A stretch of DNA of 64,000 bases from Orbicella franksi (lineage: Eukaryota): contig OZ116701.1 of the NCBI GenBank assembly GCA_964199315.1, forward strand, positions 24,304,001-24,368,000. The letters run 5' to 3'. The translations under genes and the position numbers were made by a program. Below, one piece after another: positions 1 through 11,945 of this stretch (position 1 is its first letter; every line of letters begins with the position of its first letter). The notes under the pieces are model-generated. The model saw nothing but the letters and a program-made list of their open reading frames with translations, searched no databases and was not told where the DNA came from.

Positions 1-211
1 GAATGTTTTGCTCCCAGAAGGGATTCACTGTTGTCTCGAAAGACAAGTTTTGTTCCTCGAAAGGAAAGTTTTGCTCCCAGAAGGGATTCATTGTTGTCTC
101 GAAAGACAAGTTTTGTTCCTCGAAAGGAATGTTTTGCTCCCAGAAGGGATTCATTGTTGTCTCGAAAGACAAGTTTTGTACCTCAAAAGGAATATTTCGT
201 TCCCAATAGGG
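1..211. repeat. 63-bp tandem repeat (3 copies plus a degenerate 4th, runs off the window start), built of three ~21-bp subunits
   Basis: Unit gaatgttttgctcccagaaggg...ttcctcgaaag starts at 1, 64, 127 and (degenerate) 190. ORFs 3..209, 8..388 and 31..216 just reflect the 21-aa period. Confidence 0.9.
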
Positions 212-769
212 AATAGTGTGATCCCAAGAAGGGCTCATTTGCACCACTCGCTCGCCAGCCATCATGGATTTCCCACGTACGAGTCAGAAGTTCAGGCAAG
301 ATTTCTCTATACAAAAACTGCTTTGAATCTGAAAGATACCTTAAAGATACATGGCGAGAAAACACAGGACACAGTGCTTGAATGCTGAGACTGAATATTG
401 GAGAGAAAAAACTTGTAATTTTGGAAAACATACCTGCACTATTCAGCAATAAACCTTCCAGCTCGAAAGCCAAATGCGACGTCGGGCAACGTTTTCCACG
501 CTGAACTTGGTACAGATAAGTCGATAATTCGACGGTTTGTTTTCGCCCGTACGAGTTGTTCGAAAGGATTCCCGGAATAGAAAGCCTTTTGTTCTGATAA
601 TTTCCGGAAAAGAGGTTCAGCGGCCGTTCAGTTCATCACTCACTCATACACCTCACTCAGTCAGTATAACATAGTGGCTCTCTTGGCAGAGCCACAAAAA
701 TTGCTGGGAATTTAGGGGTGGGTTGTGTGCAATTTCATTCGGGCGTGAATGGGTTAAAGAGCATCTTGT

Positions 770-1880
770 TGAGTCACCTGACGTTTCTGTTTCGCTTGAA
801 GGTCAGAACATAACATTTCCATCTGAGCTTTAAATAAATCAGGCTCCCTTTCAACTTCATTTACAGAGCAAACCTTCAGAGAACTTCCTCACCAATCCCC
901 ATCCAAGGGACAAAATGCTTCAAGTTCACAAGCCAACGACAGGGCTTCATCCATGGTGCCTGGTTTATCTCTGCATAATTGGAGCCTGTCATTATTATTT
1001 TTGATGGCATCCATTAAATGGTGTACGGCAAATCTTTCCTGAGTGTCAGGAGACAAATCCTGTTAAGCTAGACTAAACATAGACCGGATATCTGCAGCAA
1101 GAACTTGAACACTTTCATTTTCCTGTTGGCAACAGCTATGCAGACAGGCCTTGTGCAACTCGCATTGTTTTTCAACACCAAAGCGAAGCTCCAGTCTCCA
1201 GTAAACAATCTTCTTGAAATTTTGACAGTCGGTATCAGACAGGCCATTTAGCACCTTTTGAGCTTTCCCACAAAGGCTTGCGGCCAGGAATACAGCAGCT
1301 TCTTCATTGCTCCAACCATTAACAACAGAGCAATGCTCAAAGTGTTTCAAATAATCTTGCAGGATGTTAACAGGTTTCATAAACTTCTAGTGGTGTGCAA
1401 ACAAATCAGCCGAATAATTATCCGATTCGTTGTCTGGCACAAATAGGTTTGCAAAGTGAGATTGACAACTTGAACTTTTGAAATAATTTTCTGATGGATC
1501 CAGAGATGAATCAGACTCTGGGGTAAACGGATTCCCCAGCTTAAAAGGAATAACTGCCGTCAAGCAACTCGTCCCTTTGGATTCCAAATCCATGAATGAG
1601 TTTTTCACCATTGCGAACCGATGAAACCACGCAAGCAAACACAAAATTTCCATGCAGAACCATACAAAACAATGATATTTGGCCACAAAAACCACCAAAA
1701 TATCTCCACTGACCACAGGTAGATGTAAAGTTCGTTTTGTTCACCACTGCCACCAATGTAATGCCACAATCCCTCTATAAAACACAGTGTTCAAACATTT
1801 TGATTTGGAACTACAAGATATACAATTCCACAACACAACTGAGCACATGGTTATTGCACCATATGTCATGTGATGTACAA
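770..1880 (-). mobile_element. Relic 5' end of a Ty3/Gypsy LTR retrotransposon (gag fragment, PBS, probable LTR remnant)
   Basis: ORF 1063..1380 reads YLKHFEHCSVVNGWSNEEAAVFLAASLCGKAQKVL...RFG (retrotransposon gag). A further frame reads LQLCRDKPGTMDEALSLACELEAF. TGGTGGCAGTGGTG lies just after ...TACA. The far LTR boundary is uncertain. Confidence 0.65.
1742..1755 (-). promoter_or_regulatory. Primer-binding site (tRNA-Leu type) of the Gypsy relic
   Basis: Minus strand TACA-T-TGGTGGCAGTGGTG matches the complement of a tRNA-Leu 3' end (TGGTGGCAGCGGTG) with 1 mismatch. Confidence 0.55.
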
Positions 1881-2605
1881 TAGCTACTAAGGGGGGTACC
1901 CATGGGCAATCGCTTAACTCTACAATACTTATTGTATAACAGGAGTTAAAATTTATTTCCGAGTTAATATTTCAGGTGCGTGTTGATTTTAATGTTGATG
2001 GTGTGAACTTGAACTTCAACTTAAACACAAAATTATTGATTTCAAAAGTGAGAGTCAAGAAAAATGTCTCATGTTTGCCATTGCATCATGGCATACTTAT
2101 GGCCAGTGTGGAAATTAAAGGACGATTGTCATGATAAAACGCATGTGCAGTCTTGATTGAACAATCAAGAGGTACAGGTGAGGGAAAACAGTTTCTACTT
2201 TTTTCACTACAAAGGCATTCAAAATTTGCAATTTCCAAGCCTGGTTTGTCAATCGAATATTTTCTTTATTATCTGCTTATTCGTTATTTGCCTAGCCACA
2301 AGTGTCATGCAAATGTTTGAGTACCTGCATGAATAAAACTGAGAGGAAACTGCAAGGATATCCTTGCAAAACTCTGAGGTGTGCGTGTGGAACACAGAGA
2401 AAGCCATGTCCAAGGGCCTTAGGGCCAGTTGTGAGGATGATTTTGCCCACCTGATTTGACCATCTAGGGGAACGTTTTTCTTGTGCAAACTTTGTTTAGA
2501 TGCAGAATATTTACAACTTTGTTCAAAGAATACAGCAGACATCCACAATGAGACAGGACAGTAGTAGTCGTACTCTTTGCAAAGCTGCCTACAGAAACTA
2601 CATTT

Positions 2606-5101
2606 TACTTCTTGAACTTGAACAGAATAAATTTATACAGGGCTCAACTCTGAGAGGAGCAGTGTAGATAATAAACAATGGTAGCAAGACTTCAATTCAT
2701 TGTTTTATTGCAACAACGCTGTTTCGTATGGTCAAAAAATGACCACACTCATCAGGCAATATCAACGAATGACTATTAAATTTCGCGGACTGGCAATTAA
2801 AAGCTAACTTTAGGTTGCTATGAGATATAAAAACAGTTGCTATGATATGGAAAAACAGATGCTATATAGCATTGAAAAACTGGCAATAAAAAGCAGTGGC
2901 TATGGGACTTAAAATCTGAAATCATGTGTTACTTAAACATTGCATTACTTGGTCACAAAGTTCTTGAGTAGGTATCTGTTTCTGTGGGGGCACCCACTTG
3001 CTAGTTTGTTTCTCTTGGTTAGAGTACACAAACTCGTCTTACAGATGATCACAAATTTCTCAAAAAGACATAAATTACATTTGTGCCTAATGTTGCTATA
3101 AGGTCTGCACAGCTTAATTCTCCACTTGATGGTAAAACATTTGTTGTTGTCTTTTAGTGTCCAAATGTGTTTAAATAGCTCAGTTTCATTTGTCTTGTTT
3201 TGGTGTTGAAAGGATGCTGTGTGATTTCTGTAACACTCTTTAAAATTTCTGGCAAGGCCCTTGTATGAGTCTGATGAAGTTTGTGTTGTGAATGTGGCTT
3301 GGTAAACTACATTTTGTGTGAGGCATTTTCCGTCCAGCGGGCATTGATTCTTTTTTTCTGCAGTTGCATTCTTAGATGTTTGTTTGTGTTTGCGACTGGT
3401 GGTAATCTGATAGTAGTGCTTTGTTGTGTGACGAGATGATACTCTTCATGTTGGGCATGCAGGAGTAGCTGAGCTTCAGTGTGTGCTTGTTGAAGATCTT
3501 GTGTAGGGGGTGTCCGTTTGGGAAGCATCTGTCGATGATGTTTAGGAACTTCCTTCCCAGGTTAGTTTTCACGTTAGCATTCCATGGGGGGTTGTAGCAT
3601 ACAATTTTTCTTTGGCGATTTCTGTTGCGCTTTGGCTGTGCGTGATACGTGAGCTTGTGATTGTAGCCATTCTTGTCAAGCGCTTTCTGGTACGGTGAAA
3701 TCGCGTTGTCGAAAAACTTTCTGGCTAGTTGAGATGCTGGTCAGTCGTTTGTTGATGTTTTCTGGGATGTTCTTTAGTGGTGCAGGTGGGTGATTGCTTT
3801 GTTGGAGGACGTAGAGGATTTTGTTGTTGGGTTTCATGCAGGGTTTGTAAGATCCTCTTGTAAGGTCTAGGGTTATGTCTAGGAAGTTTATGGTTTTTTG
3901 TTTCCTTCCATGGTGATTTTGAGGCCATTTGACTTGAAAATTTCACTGACTTCTTGTTTCGCTTTCTTGGTTTGTTTAGGTGTTGCTTTGCACACTGCCA
4001 GACCATCGTCATGGTAGAGACCAACTTGGCCTTTAAATTTTGGTGTGATGAGGGACAACATGTAGGTGCCAACGAGTTCGCATGTCTCAGCTCCATCATA
4101 TGAGCCCATTGTCACGTCGAACAAGTTGCTGGTGTTCTTCTTTTCCCATGGCGTGTTCTGGTGATACAACAGTGATTTTTTCGCGTGTGATAATGTGGCG
4201 GTCTTGTGGTGTGATATGTGTGAATTGGGATGCATAGTCAAATGCCTTTGTGAGAAGCTGCTTGGAAATGGATGGGTAGAAGTCACATACATCGAAAGTT
4301 ATGAACACGTGTTGAGATTTGTTTGGGATTGGTTGAAACCATTCGATGACATTTGAGGTACATCTCCATAGATTTGCTTTTGTTACTTTGATTATCTCTT
4401 TGTTTATGTTGTCTAAAATGTGCTTGCTGATTATGCCGATCTCTGATTTTGTGGGATTTACGAGTCTGCATGTTGGGTTGTTTGTGAAATCAGGCTTGTA
4501 ATCTTTTAATGTTATGAATGCGGCTCTGCTCACGGAAACTTCAATGCGGTCCTCAAGTTTAAGGTCTTGGGCAATCTCTTTGTCCATGGAGGTAATTGAA
4601 TCTGGGATGCTTTTGCTAGTTTTCTTGTAAGCCTTAGTCACGTTTTTCTGTAGGAGGTTTAAATGGTCTTGAGGCTCAGCCTTGTAGTGGTTGGTAGTTT
4701 TGTTGGATTTTACATAGATGTTCTTATCTTGTCAGATTTCTTGTACGTCTTTGTCAAGTTTTGCTTGGAAGCTATTTGTTGCAGTGCAGTTGGTTTTAAA
4801 CTCCACTCATTGGATCATATTGAGCATGCTGTCTTCAAATTCATCGAGGGCCCTAATATGCGGTGGTGGGCATTTTGATTTGAATCCATACGTTTCTTTT
4901 TCGTTGTTAACGGTGTCGTGGTTTTTCGAAAAGAAGAAGGCTTTCCAATGCATTCGGTATATTAAGGATTCTGTTTTCTCTATCAGGATTTGTAGATACT
5001 TGCTTCTACTTGCCAGCGGGATGTTCTTGGTCAAATAACTGAAATCTTTAACCTGGTAATTCATTCTCAACAGTGCTCAACTTGGTGAAAGGAGCAGTAG
5101 A
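2606..5101 (-). mobile_element. Penelope-like retroelement copy A: near full-length RT + C-terminal GIY-YIG, frameshifted (coding ~5070 to 2945)
   Basis: ORF pieces include [64 protein letters not shown] and C-terminal ETELFKHIW...KCNLC...CPHRNRYLL. These lie in several frames. Confidence 0.9.
2707..2760 (-). ncRNA. Type I hammerhead ribozyme in the PLE 3' region
   Basis: AUUGC-CUGAUGA-GUGUGGUCA-UUUUU-UGACCAUAC-GAAA-CAGCGUUG-UU-GCAAU: intact CUGAUGA/GAAA core, 5-bp stem I, 9-bp stem II, very short stem III, GUU cleavage triplet. Confidence 0.85.
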
Positions 5102-6972
5102 TACTTCTTGAACTTGAACAGAATAAATTTATAGAGAGCTCAACTCTGGGAGGAGCAGTGTAGATAATAAACAATGGTAGCAAGACTTCGATTCATTGTT
5201 TTATTGCAACAAGGGTGTTTCATATGGTCAAAGAATGACCATACTCATCAGGCAATATCAACAAATGACTGTTAAATTTCACAAACTGGCAATTAAAAGC
5301 TAACTTTAGGTTGCTATGAGATATAAAAACAGTTGCTACGATATGGAAAAACAGATGCTATTTAGCATTGAAAAACTGGCAATAAAAAGCAGTTGCTATG
5401 GGATTTAAAATCTGAAATCACGTGTTACTTAAAGATTGCGTTACTTGGTCACAAAGTTCTTGAGTAGGTATCTGTTTCAGTGGGGGCATGCACTTGCTAG
5501 TTCGTTTCTCTTAGAGTACACAAACTCTTCTTACAGATGATCACAAATTTGTCAAAAACACAAATTACATTTGTTACTAATGTTGCTATAAGGTCTGCAC
5601 TGCTTAATGATTCTCCACTTGATGGTAAAAGGTTTGTTGTTGTCTTTTAGTGTCCAAATGTGTTTAGATAGCTCAGTTTCGTTTGTCTTGTTTTGGTGTT
5701 GAAAGGATGCTGTGTGATTTCTGTAGCACTCTTTAAAATTTGTGGTGAAGCCCACGTATGAGTCTGATGAAGTTTGTGTTGTGAATGTGGCTTGGTAAAC
5801 TACATTTTGTGTGAGACATTTTCCGTCCAGAGGGTATTGATCCTTTTTTCTGCAGTTGCATTCTTTGACGTTTGTCTGTGTTTGTGACTGGTGGTAATTT
5901 GATAGTAGTGCTTTGTTGTGTGATGAGATGATACTCTTCATGTTAGGCATGCAGGAGTAGCTGAGCTTCAGTGTGTGCTTGTTGAACATCTTGTGTAGGG
6001 GGTGTCCGTTTGGGAAGCATCTGTCGATGATGTTTAGGAACTTCCTTCCCAGGTTAGTTTTCATGTTAGCATTCCATGGGGGTTGTACCATACGATTTTT
6101 CTTTGGCGATTTCTGTTGCGCTTTGGCTGTGGATTATACGTGAGCTTGTAATTGTAGCCACTCTCATCAAGTGCTTTCTGGTACGGCGGAATCGCGTCGT
6201 CAAAAACTTTCTGGATAGATGAGATGCTGGTTAGTAGTTTTTTGATGTTTTCTGGGATGTTCTTTAGTAGTGCGGGTGGGTGATTGCTTTGTCGGAGGAT
6301 GTAGAGGATTTTGTTGTTGGGTTTCATGAAGGGTTTGTAAGATCCTCTTGTAAGGTCTAGGGTTACGTCTAGGTAGTTTATGTTTTTTTTGTTTGCTTCG
6401 ATGGTGATTTTGAGGCCATTTGACTTGTTTCGTTTTCTTGATTTGTTTAGGTGTTGCTTTGCACACTGCCAAACCATCGTCACGGTAGAGACCAACTTGG
6501 CCTTTAAATTTCGGTGGGATGAGGGACAACATGTAGGTGCCAACGAGTTTGCATGTCTTGGCTCCATCATATGAGCCCATCGTCATGTCAAACAAGTTGC
6601 TGGTGTTTTTCTTTTCCCATGGCGTGTTCTGGTGAGACAATGGTGATTTTTTTTGTGTGTGTGATAATGTGGCGGTCTTGCGGAGAGATATGTGTGAATT
6701 GGGATGCATAGTCAAGTGCCTTTGTCAGAAGCTGTTGGAAATGGATAGTTAGAAGTCACATACATTGAAAGTTATGAACACGTGTTGGGATTTTTTTGGG
6801 ATTCCTTGAAACCATTCAATGACATTTGAGGTACATCTCCATAGATTCACTTTTGTTACTTTGATTATCTCTTTGTTTATGTTGTCTAAAATGTGCTTGC
6901 TGATTATGCTGATCTCTGATTTTGTGGGATTTATGAGTCTGCATGTTGGGTTGTTTGTGAAATCAGGCTTGT
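5102..6972 (-). mobile_element. Penelope-like retroelement copy B: 5'-truncated, directly upstream of copy A (pseudo-LTR/tandem arrangement)
   Basis: Homologous to 2606-4470 at an offset of ~2496. ORFs 5552..6091 (GIY-YIG: VVYQAT...SYVGFTTNFKECYRNH), 6200..6715 and 6749..7018. Confidence 0.9.
5203..5256 (-). ncRNA. Type I hammerhead ribozyme, second copy
   Basis: AUUGC-CUGAUGA-GUAUGGUCA-UUCUU-UGACCAUAU-GAAA-CACCCUUG-UU-GCAAU. Core intact; stem III loop differs from copy 1. Confidence 0.8.
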
Positions 6973-7249
6973 GATTCCACTTGCTAAGCTGTTTATTTTT
7001 GACCTTTTTCTCCACCAAGGGTACCTTCTTACCTTCTTGTAATCAGGTTTTTTGTTTATACAATGCCATTTAGCACTTGGTTGAAGTTTATTACTTCACC
7101 TCTGATGTGAAGGGTCATAATAACTGGGCCCAGGATTTTGAAGTGCTAGAAAAATGTGAGCCCAGAAACACACTACCCATCTACAAGGATCTCTTTCAAA
7201 TTCCCAGTTCCCAAGATCTGCACAGTCATACACTCTTTTGACAATACTC

Positions 7250-7463
7250 TCTACCCCTTGTTGAAGTGGGTGGGGTTCCAACCAAAGCTTTCTACCGTCT
7301 TCTAACCAAGCTCTGACCTTGGTTTGTGGGGTTCATTGGCCCATTGAAAGATGTTACAATAGCGCTTGGAACACCTGAAGTAAAACCTGCCCGGGTTCTT
7401 TTCTGATCTGGACATGCTCATGATGAGAGGCTTTTGGCAATGGCATTTCATGTTCTCCAGAGG
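7250..7463 (-). pseudogene. GRF-type zinc-finger coding fragment
   Basis: Minus frame LENMKCHCQKPLIMSMSRSEKNPGRFYFRCSKRYCNIFQWANEP (finger at 7338-7445) fits the zf-GRF pattern CxC...NxGRxFxxC...CxFFxW. Not in the ORF track as such. Confidence 0.65.
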
Positions 7464-8288
7464 TACCATATTTACCCGTGGATAGGCCGCACTTTTTTAA
7501 CAGAAAAATGGTACCAAAATTAGGGTTGCGGCTGATGCGTGGGTACAAGCGTTTTGACACCTCATTAATATGCACAAGATTTTAAGGTGGTACACTAAAT
7601 TGGTGTTTTAATGTTCGCTTTAAATTGTTCCTTAGTCAAAACACATACAGCTAAACATTAAGTCCATGTATGCGAAGAATCTTGATTCTCTCTGCAGCAA
7701 TGAGCACATCAAGTTTTTTAACATGTCTTTTGTTTGAAGGTGTCCAACACAGCTTGCACTGAATAGCCATTCCTCCTCATGGGCCTTTAGAGTGCTTCCT
7801 TTTCCTAGTTACTTTGCAGGAAATTTCACCGTTGTTCTCAATAAAATAGGCTGCAATTGTGCTGAATTCCACTGGCAAAAGTCCGACAATTTTCTTCTTG
7901 TTGATGCTGAGTTCTTGATAAACAGCCACTGCAAACTTGTCGTCTTCATTTTACCGTTCTCAATCAGTCAATAACAAATCGCCAATTTTGGGTTTCCAAC
8001 TGCTTCGATAAACATGGTAACCTCTGATTTCACTATCCACTTTATAAGTGCGTGTAGCTCCACTCATTTCTCCTCTTTAATTTGCAAACTGTGGCTTCTA
8101 ATTTGGCACGATCTCGATCTTTCACATTTGATTCATGTAATGTGACATGACAGATGACGCACATGCTCGCAGATCTATGCAACCATAGTAACGCACAATT
8201 TCTCATCCAATCAAGTCCGATCGCATCGACTTCAAAGGCTGTGTTTACGTTGTGTGAAAGTAAAATGTGACGTCGTTTTTAGCAAATC

Positions 8289-9641
8289 ATGAAACCAAAA
8301 GGTTCTTCCAGGATATCATATACAGCACTCTTCAAACTTACCATTGTTACTTATGCCATAGAGAAAGAAAATTGAGCAGCAGCATGCCAGTTCCAAGTTG
8401 ACGAGAAGAATGTTTGAAGGTGGCAATCACAACAAGAAACACTGAAAGGTCATCGTCGCGACCAGAGAGCAGCACGGTATTGCCCAGCAAAATTTCCTGA
8501 ATCGGAAAAAGAACTGAAGGAATGGATTGACGAGAAGAGAAAGGCTGGTATCGGAATTTCGACCACAGTCATCCGTCTAAAAGCAAAATCGATGGCAAAA
8601 GCCAGAAACATTGCAGAGAGTGAGTTTAAAGCTTCGGTACATTGGTGTCATCACTTCATGGATCGACATGACTTGTCGATTTGCCGGAGAACGACAATTT
8701 CACAAAAACTGCCTGAGAACTTCGAGGAGAAACTTCAGAAATTTCAAGCCTTTATTATTGCTGAGCAAAAGAAGTACAAATACGAGCTCTCACTGATTGG
8801 AAATGCAGACCTTACTTTTGACATGCCTGCAAATTCTATGGTGGACTTAAAAGGAAAAAAAAGTGTCAATCATGACAACTGGTCACGAAAAAGATCACTT
8901 CACAGTTATGCTAGCCTGCCTAAAAAATGGAACAAAACATCCCCCCTATGTGGTGTTTAAGTGGAAAACTCTACCAAAAGATTTAGTGCTGCCACGAGGC
9001 ATACACGTTCGTGCTCAAGCCAAAGGGTCTATGGACGAATCACTAGTGAAAGAGTGGTTAAACATGGTCTGGTCCAAATTTGGCAGACTTCTACAAAAAA
9101 GAAATCTCCTTGTGTGGGACTCCTTTAGAGTTCACTTGTGTAACAATGTTAAACAGTTTTGAAAAATTCACGCACAGATGTGGCCGTAATACCAGGCGGG
9201 ATGACAAGTCTTTTACAACCATTAGACGTAGGCGAGAACAAGCCCTTCAAAGACAATTTAAGGCAATATTGGAACGAGTGGATGCTTGATGGAAACCACA
9301 CATTCACACCAGGCTGCATTAGTAAACCTGACCTCACCCAGATTTGCCATTGGATTTTAGACAGCTGGAATTCCATTTCCCCTGACACCATCAGACATTC
9401 ATTTCTCAAATGCTGCATCACAAATGCACTTGATGGTACAGAAGACGATATTCTTTGGCAAGAAATGGACGAGTCTGATCCCTTTGCTGATGATGACGAA
9501 GTGGAGTCAATTGTAGACGAAGAAGGTGAACTGTTCTATGCTGGTGAAGATGAAGTCTCAGTCTTGGATGTCAATGAACAGGAATACCGTGACATTTTTG
9601 GTGAAAATGACGTTGATGAAAGTGATTTTATTGGATTTTAA
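8289..9641 (+). pseudogene. pogo-family transposase (Brinker-like DBD + CENP-B HTH + DDE_1), with stops and frameshifts
   Basis: FKLTIVTYAIEK..., ELKEWIDEKRKAGIGIST, FKASVHWCHHFMDRH, IGNAD, GHEKDHFTVML, LLVWDSFRVH, IPGGMTSLLQPLDV, SFLKCCI and an acidic tail. Confidence 0.9.
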
Positions 9642-9723
9642 TTTTGATATACCGCAGCGTTATGATTAATTTCACTCGTGTTTGTACATAAGGTGCACAA
9701 ACTTGCCTTTGATTTACTCTGTA

Positions 9724-10861
9724 TGTGACAAGATCACTTTAGCTCATTTTCAGTTCTAATTCCCAAACTTTTTTATTAGTGTTGTGTTGTTATTTTTCTT
9801 CTTACTATTTGGGTTATTCTCCTACATTAGTTTGGTTTCCTTACACACCTTATTTTGGTATGTGTTGGTGATTCATTCCCACACACTTCTCTTAGCTAAG
9901 TCCTGTTGTGTAGGAGAAGTTACCTCCTAGTTCCCTTAGGTAAATCCTGTATTCGTGGGCAACAAATACACTCCCTAGCCTTATTTGGTTTAGAGTTATT
10001 CCTACAGTTTCCTCAAATCGGTTATAAATTGGCAACCATTTGTTCAGCAAATTCAGTTGATTCAGTTGGTCTATTCTGAGCTATACGTAAGTTCTCAAGT
10101 CAAGCACTGGTTTAGTTCGAATGCTATATTCTCAATAACCCTTGGTATGTAGTGCATTATTTCGTTTTATTTGTACTTTTCTTTAAGGCTTTTGGTTTAG
10201 TTCGTTTCTTTTATTTCATTAGTTCAGTTAGCAGTCGCTTTTAGTTGCCTTTACTAGTTTTGTGTTTTTGTGTCGTATTATTCCTTAGTTTTCTTGACCT
10301 TTAATCAGCACAGCATGTAGCTTTATCTCTGTTCCTTTGTTTTATAGTTTTTGCTAGTAAATATTGTATTTTTCGCTTACCACATCCTTGTTGATTACTT
10401 GTGATTGTTTGCACAAATCCAAATTCATTTCTGTTCCTTTATACGTTTTGTAGCCTGTTTTTATCACTCTAATTACTTGTGTGACTAGCTTGTACACAGC
10501 TTAGTACTATTGTGTAATCCTGTAACTTGAACCTTTTTAGTTCTGCATTTCATGTAATACTCAACAACTGTTGACAGTTTTTGTCACACAGTTCCTGTTT
10601 CTTTATTTTTGTCATGCAATCTTCCTATTGCAATTGTCTTGTTATTTACACCAAATTACTTTGTTATTTCTTAGCTAAGTTAGTTTATTTTTGTTTTGTT
10701 TTACTCTTTATTAGCATTAGGCTTATTTTAGTTTGTTTATTGTATTTCAGTGTTACTCGTTCCCGTTTATTTTGTTATTGTCTCCGCTGTTTTGTCAATA
10801 AACTCGTAAATCGTACACTCGTATCTGTCGTAACTACGTCGACCGTTTTGGCTGTCTTACA
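9724..10861 (+). mobile_element. Probable solo LTR (1138 bp, very T-rich) nested in the pogo 3' region
   Basis: Termini TGTGACAAG...GTCTTACA with a 4-bp direct repeat TGTA on both sides (9720-9723, 10862-10865). AATAAA at ~10797; no coding signal. Removing it gives a normal-sized pogo. Confidence 0.6.
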
Positions 10862-11079
10862 TGTATATAAAATGTCTGCAAAAAGGTTTTGGTTTACTGT
10901 TTGAACATTTCCACATTTGTATGTATGGTCAAAAATAAACTTGACTTGATACACATCAGCTGCTGTTGATTTAAGACTTCGCTTTGCCTCAACCTCAATA
11001 ATTTTTTCCATGAAAACCAATTGAAAGTTTCGCGTGCGGCCTATATGCAGATGTGGCCTATCTGCGGGTAAATACGGTA

Positions 11080-11945
11080 CTTGGCCTTTACAGGTGTCAA
11101 TCAGTAAGGTAAGTGCCAATCCTCTGATTCTGATGGTACTTTGTTTTCAAACACTTTATGAAGGTGAAGCAGATCTTTATCAAGCTCTTGACGATTCAGA
11201 TATTTTACTGGATTCAGACATTTCATGTGTGGACGCATTACGGCAAAAAAATTCCTGTGTGATCGCTGGAGCTGTAACAAATTGCTCCAGAGATTGCTTG
11301 GCCGTTTCCCTATTTTTCTTTAGCACAGTTAGCATTTTTTGAGTTTCACTGATATATTTTTTTCAGTTCTGGATGTTTGTCTTTCAATTTACATTTACTG
11401 TGAGAGTCGAATGCAATTCTGTGGCAATTGTTCCTGTTATGGCCAGACTGATGACAGTGACTGCAAATTCTTCCGTGGGAAATGGTCTGGAGCAAATCAT
11501 TGTCACCTTTAAGCTTTCCCAAATGTCTTCTGCACAATCTGTGCCTCCAAAAAACTGACATTTTCAACAAGCTCTTGCTTATGGCGGTCTAGAGGAGAAT
11601 CAATCTTGCATGTAGTAGTAATGCTTGAGTTTTATGCAGTTGCCGTCCTCCTTCAGCTGGCCAACTATGTGGTTCTTTACTGCTAAACTGTAATTGCTTC
11701 GGCATTAAATGTGCAGTACTGCCAGGTTCTTGTGATTTAAGCTTAAGTTGTCGCAGATCATAGTCCAGTGCCTGCTTCTCCACGAGAAGCAAATGTTTTG
11801 GCGACGAGAATATGTAGTCTAGATCGCCAACTTGAAGATACTGTAAGGATTTGCAAGTCAAAATGCCCCGGGACTCAAACTCGTCTCCCAATCTTTCTAT
11901 TCCTGGTATTCCAATTGACATAAGCCACAGCTTTACTTCTGACAT
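11080..11945 (-). pseudogene. Frameshifted ORF: SAM-like N-terminus, coiled coil and CCHC zinc knuckle; uncharacterised, probably TE cargo
   Basis: MSEVKLWLMSIGIPGIERLGDEFESRGILTCKSLQYLQVGDLDYIF (SAM-like), CSHCHQSGHNRNNC (CX2CX4HX4C), then FFAVMRPHMKCLNPVKYLNRQELDKDL. Cut by the pogo TA site at 11079. Confidence 0.55.

Larger units (their letters stand above)
7466..11077 (+). mobile_element. pogo/Tigger-type DNA transposon with TIRs and TA duplication (~2.47 kb without its nested solo LTR)
   Basis: Left TA|ccatatttacccgtggataggcc (TA at 7464-7465) and right ggcctatctgcgggtaaatacgg|TA (TA at 11078-11079) are inverted repeats matching at 20/23. The transposase lies inside. Confidence 0.88.

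Noticed and set aside
3-388. ORFs 3..209, 8..388 and 31..216 with repeating peptides
   Set aside because: All frames stay open only because of the 63-bp tandem repeat; there is no other coding evidence.
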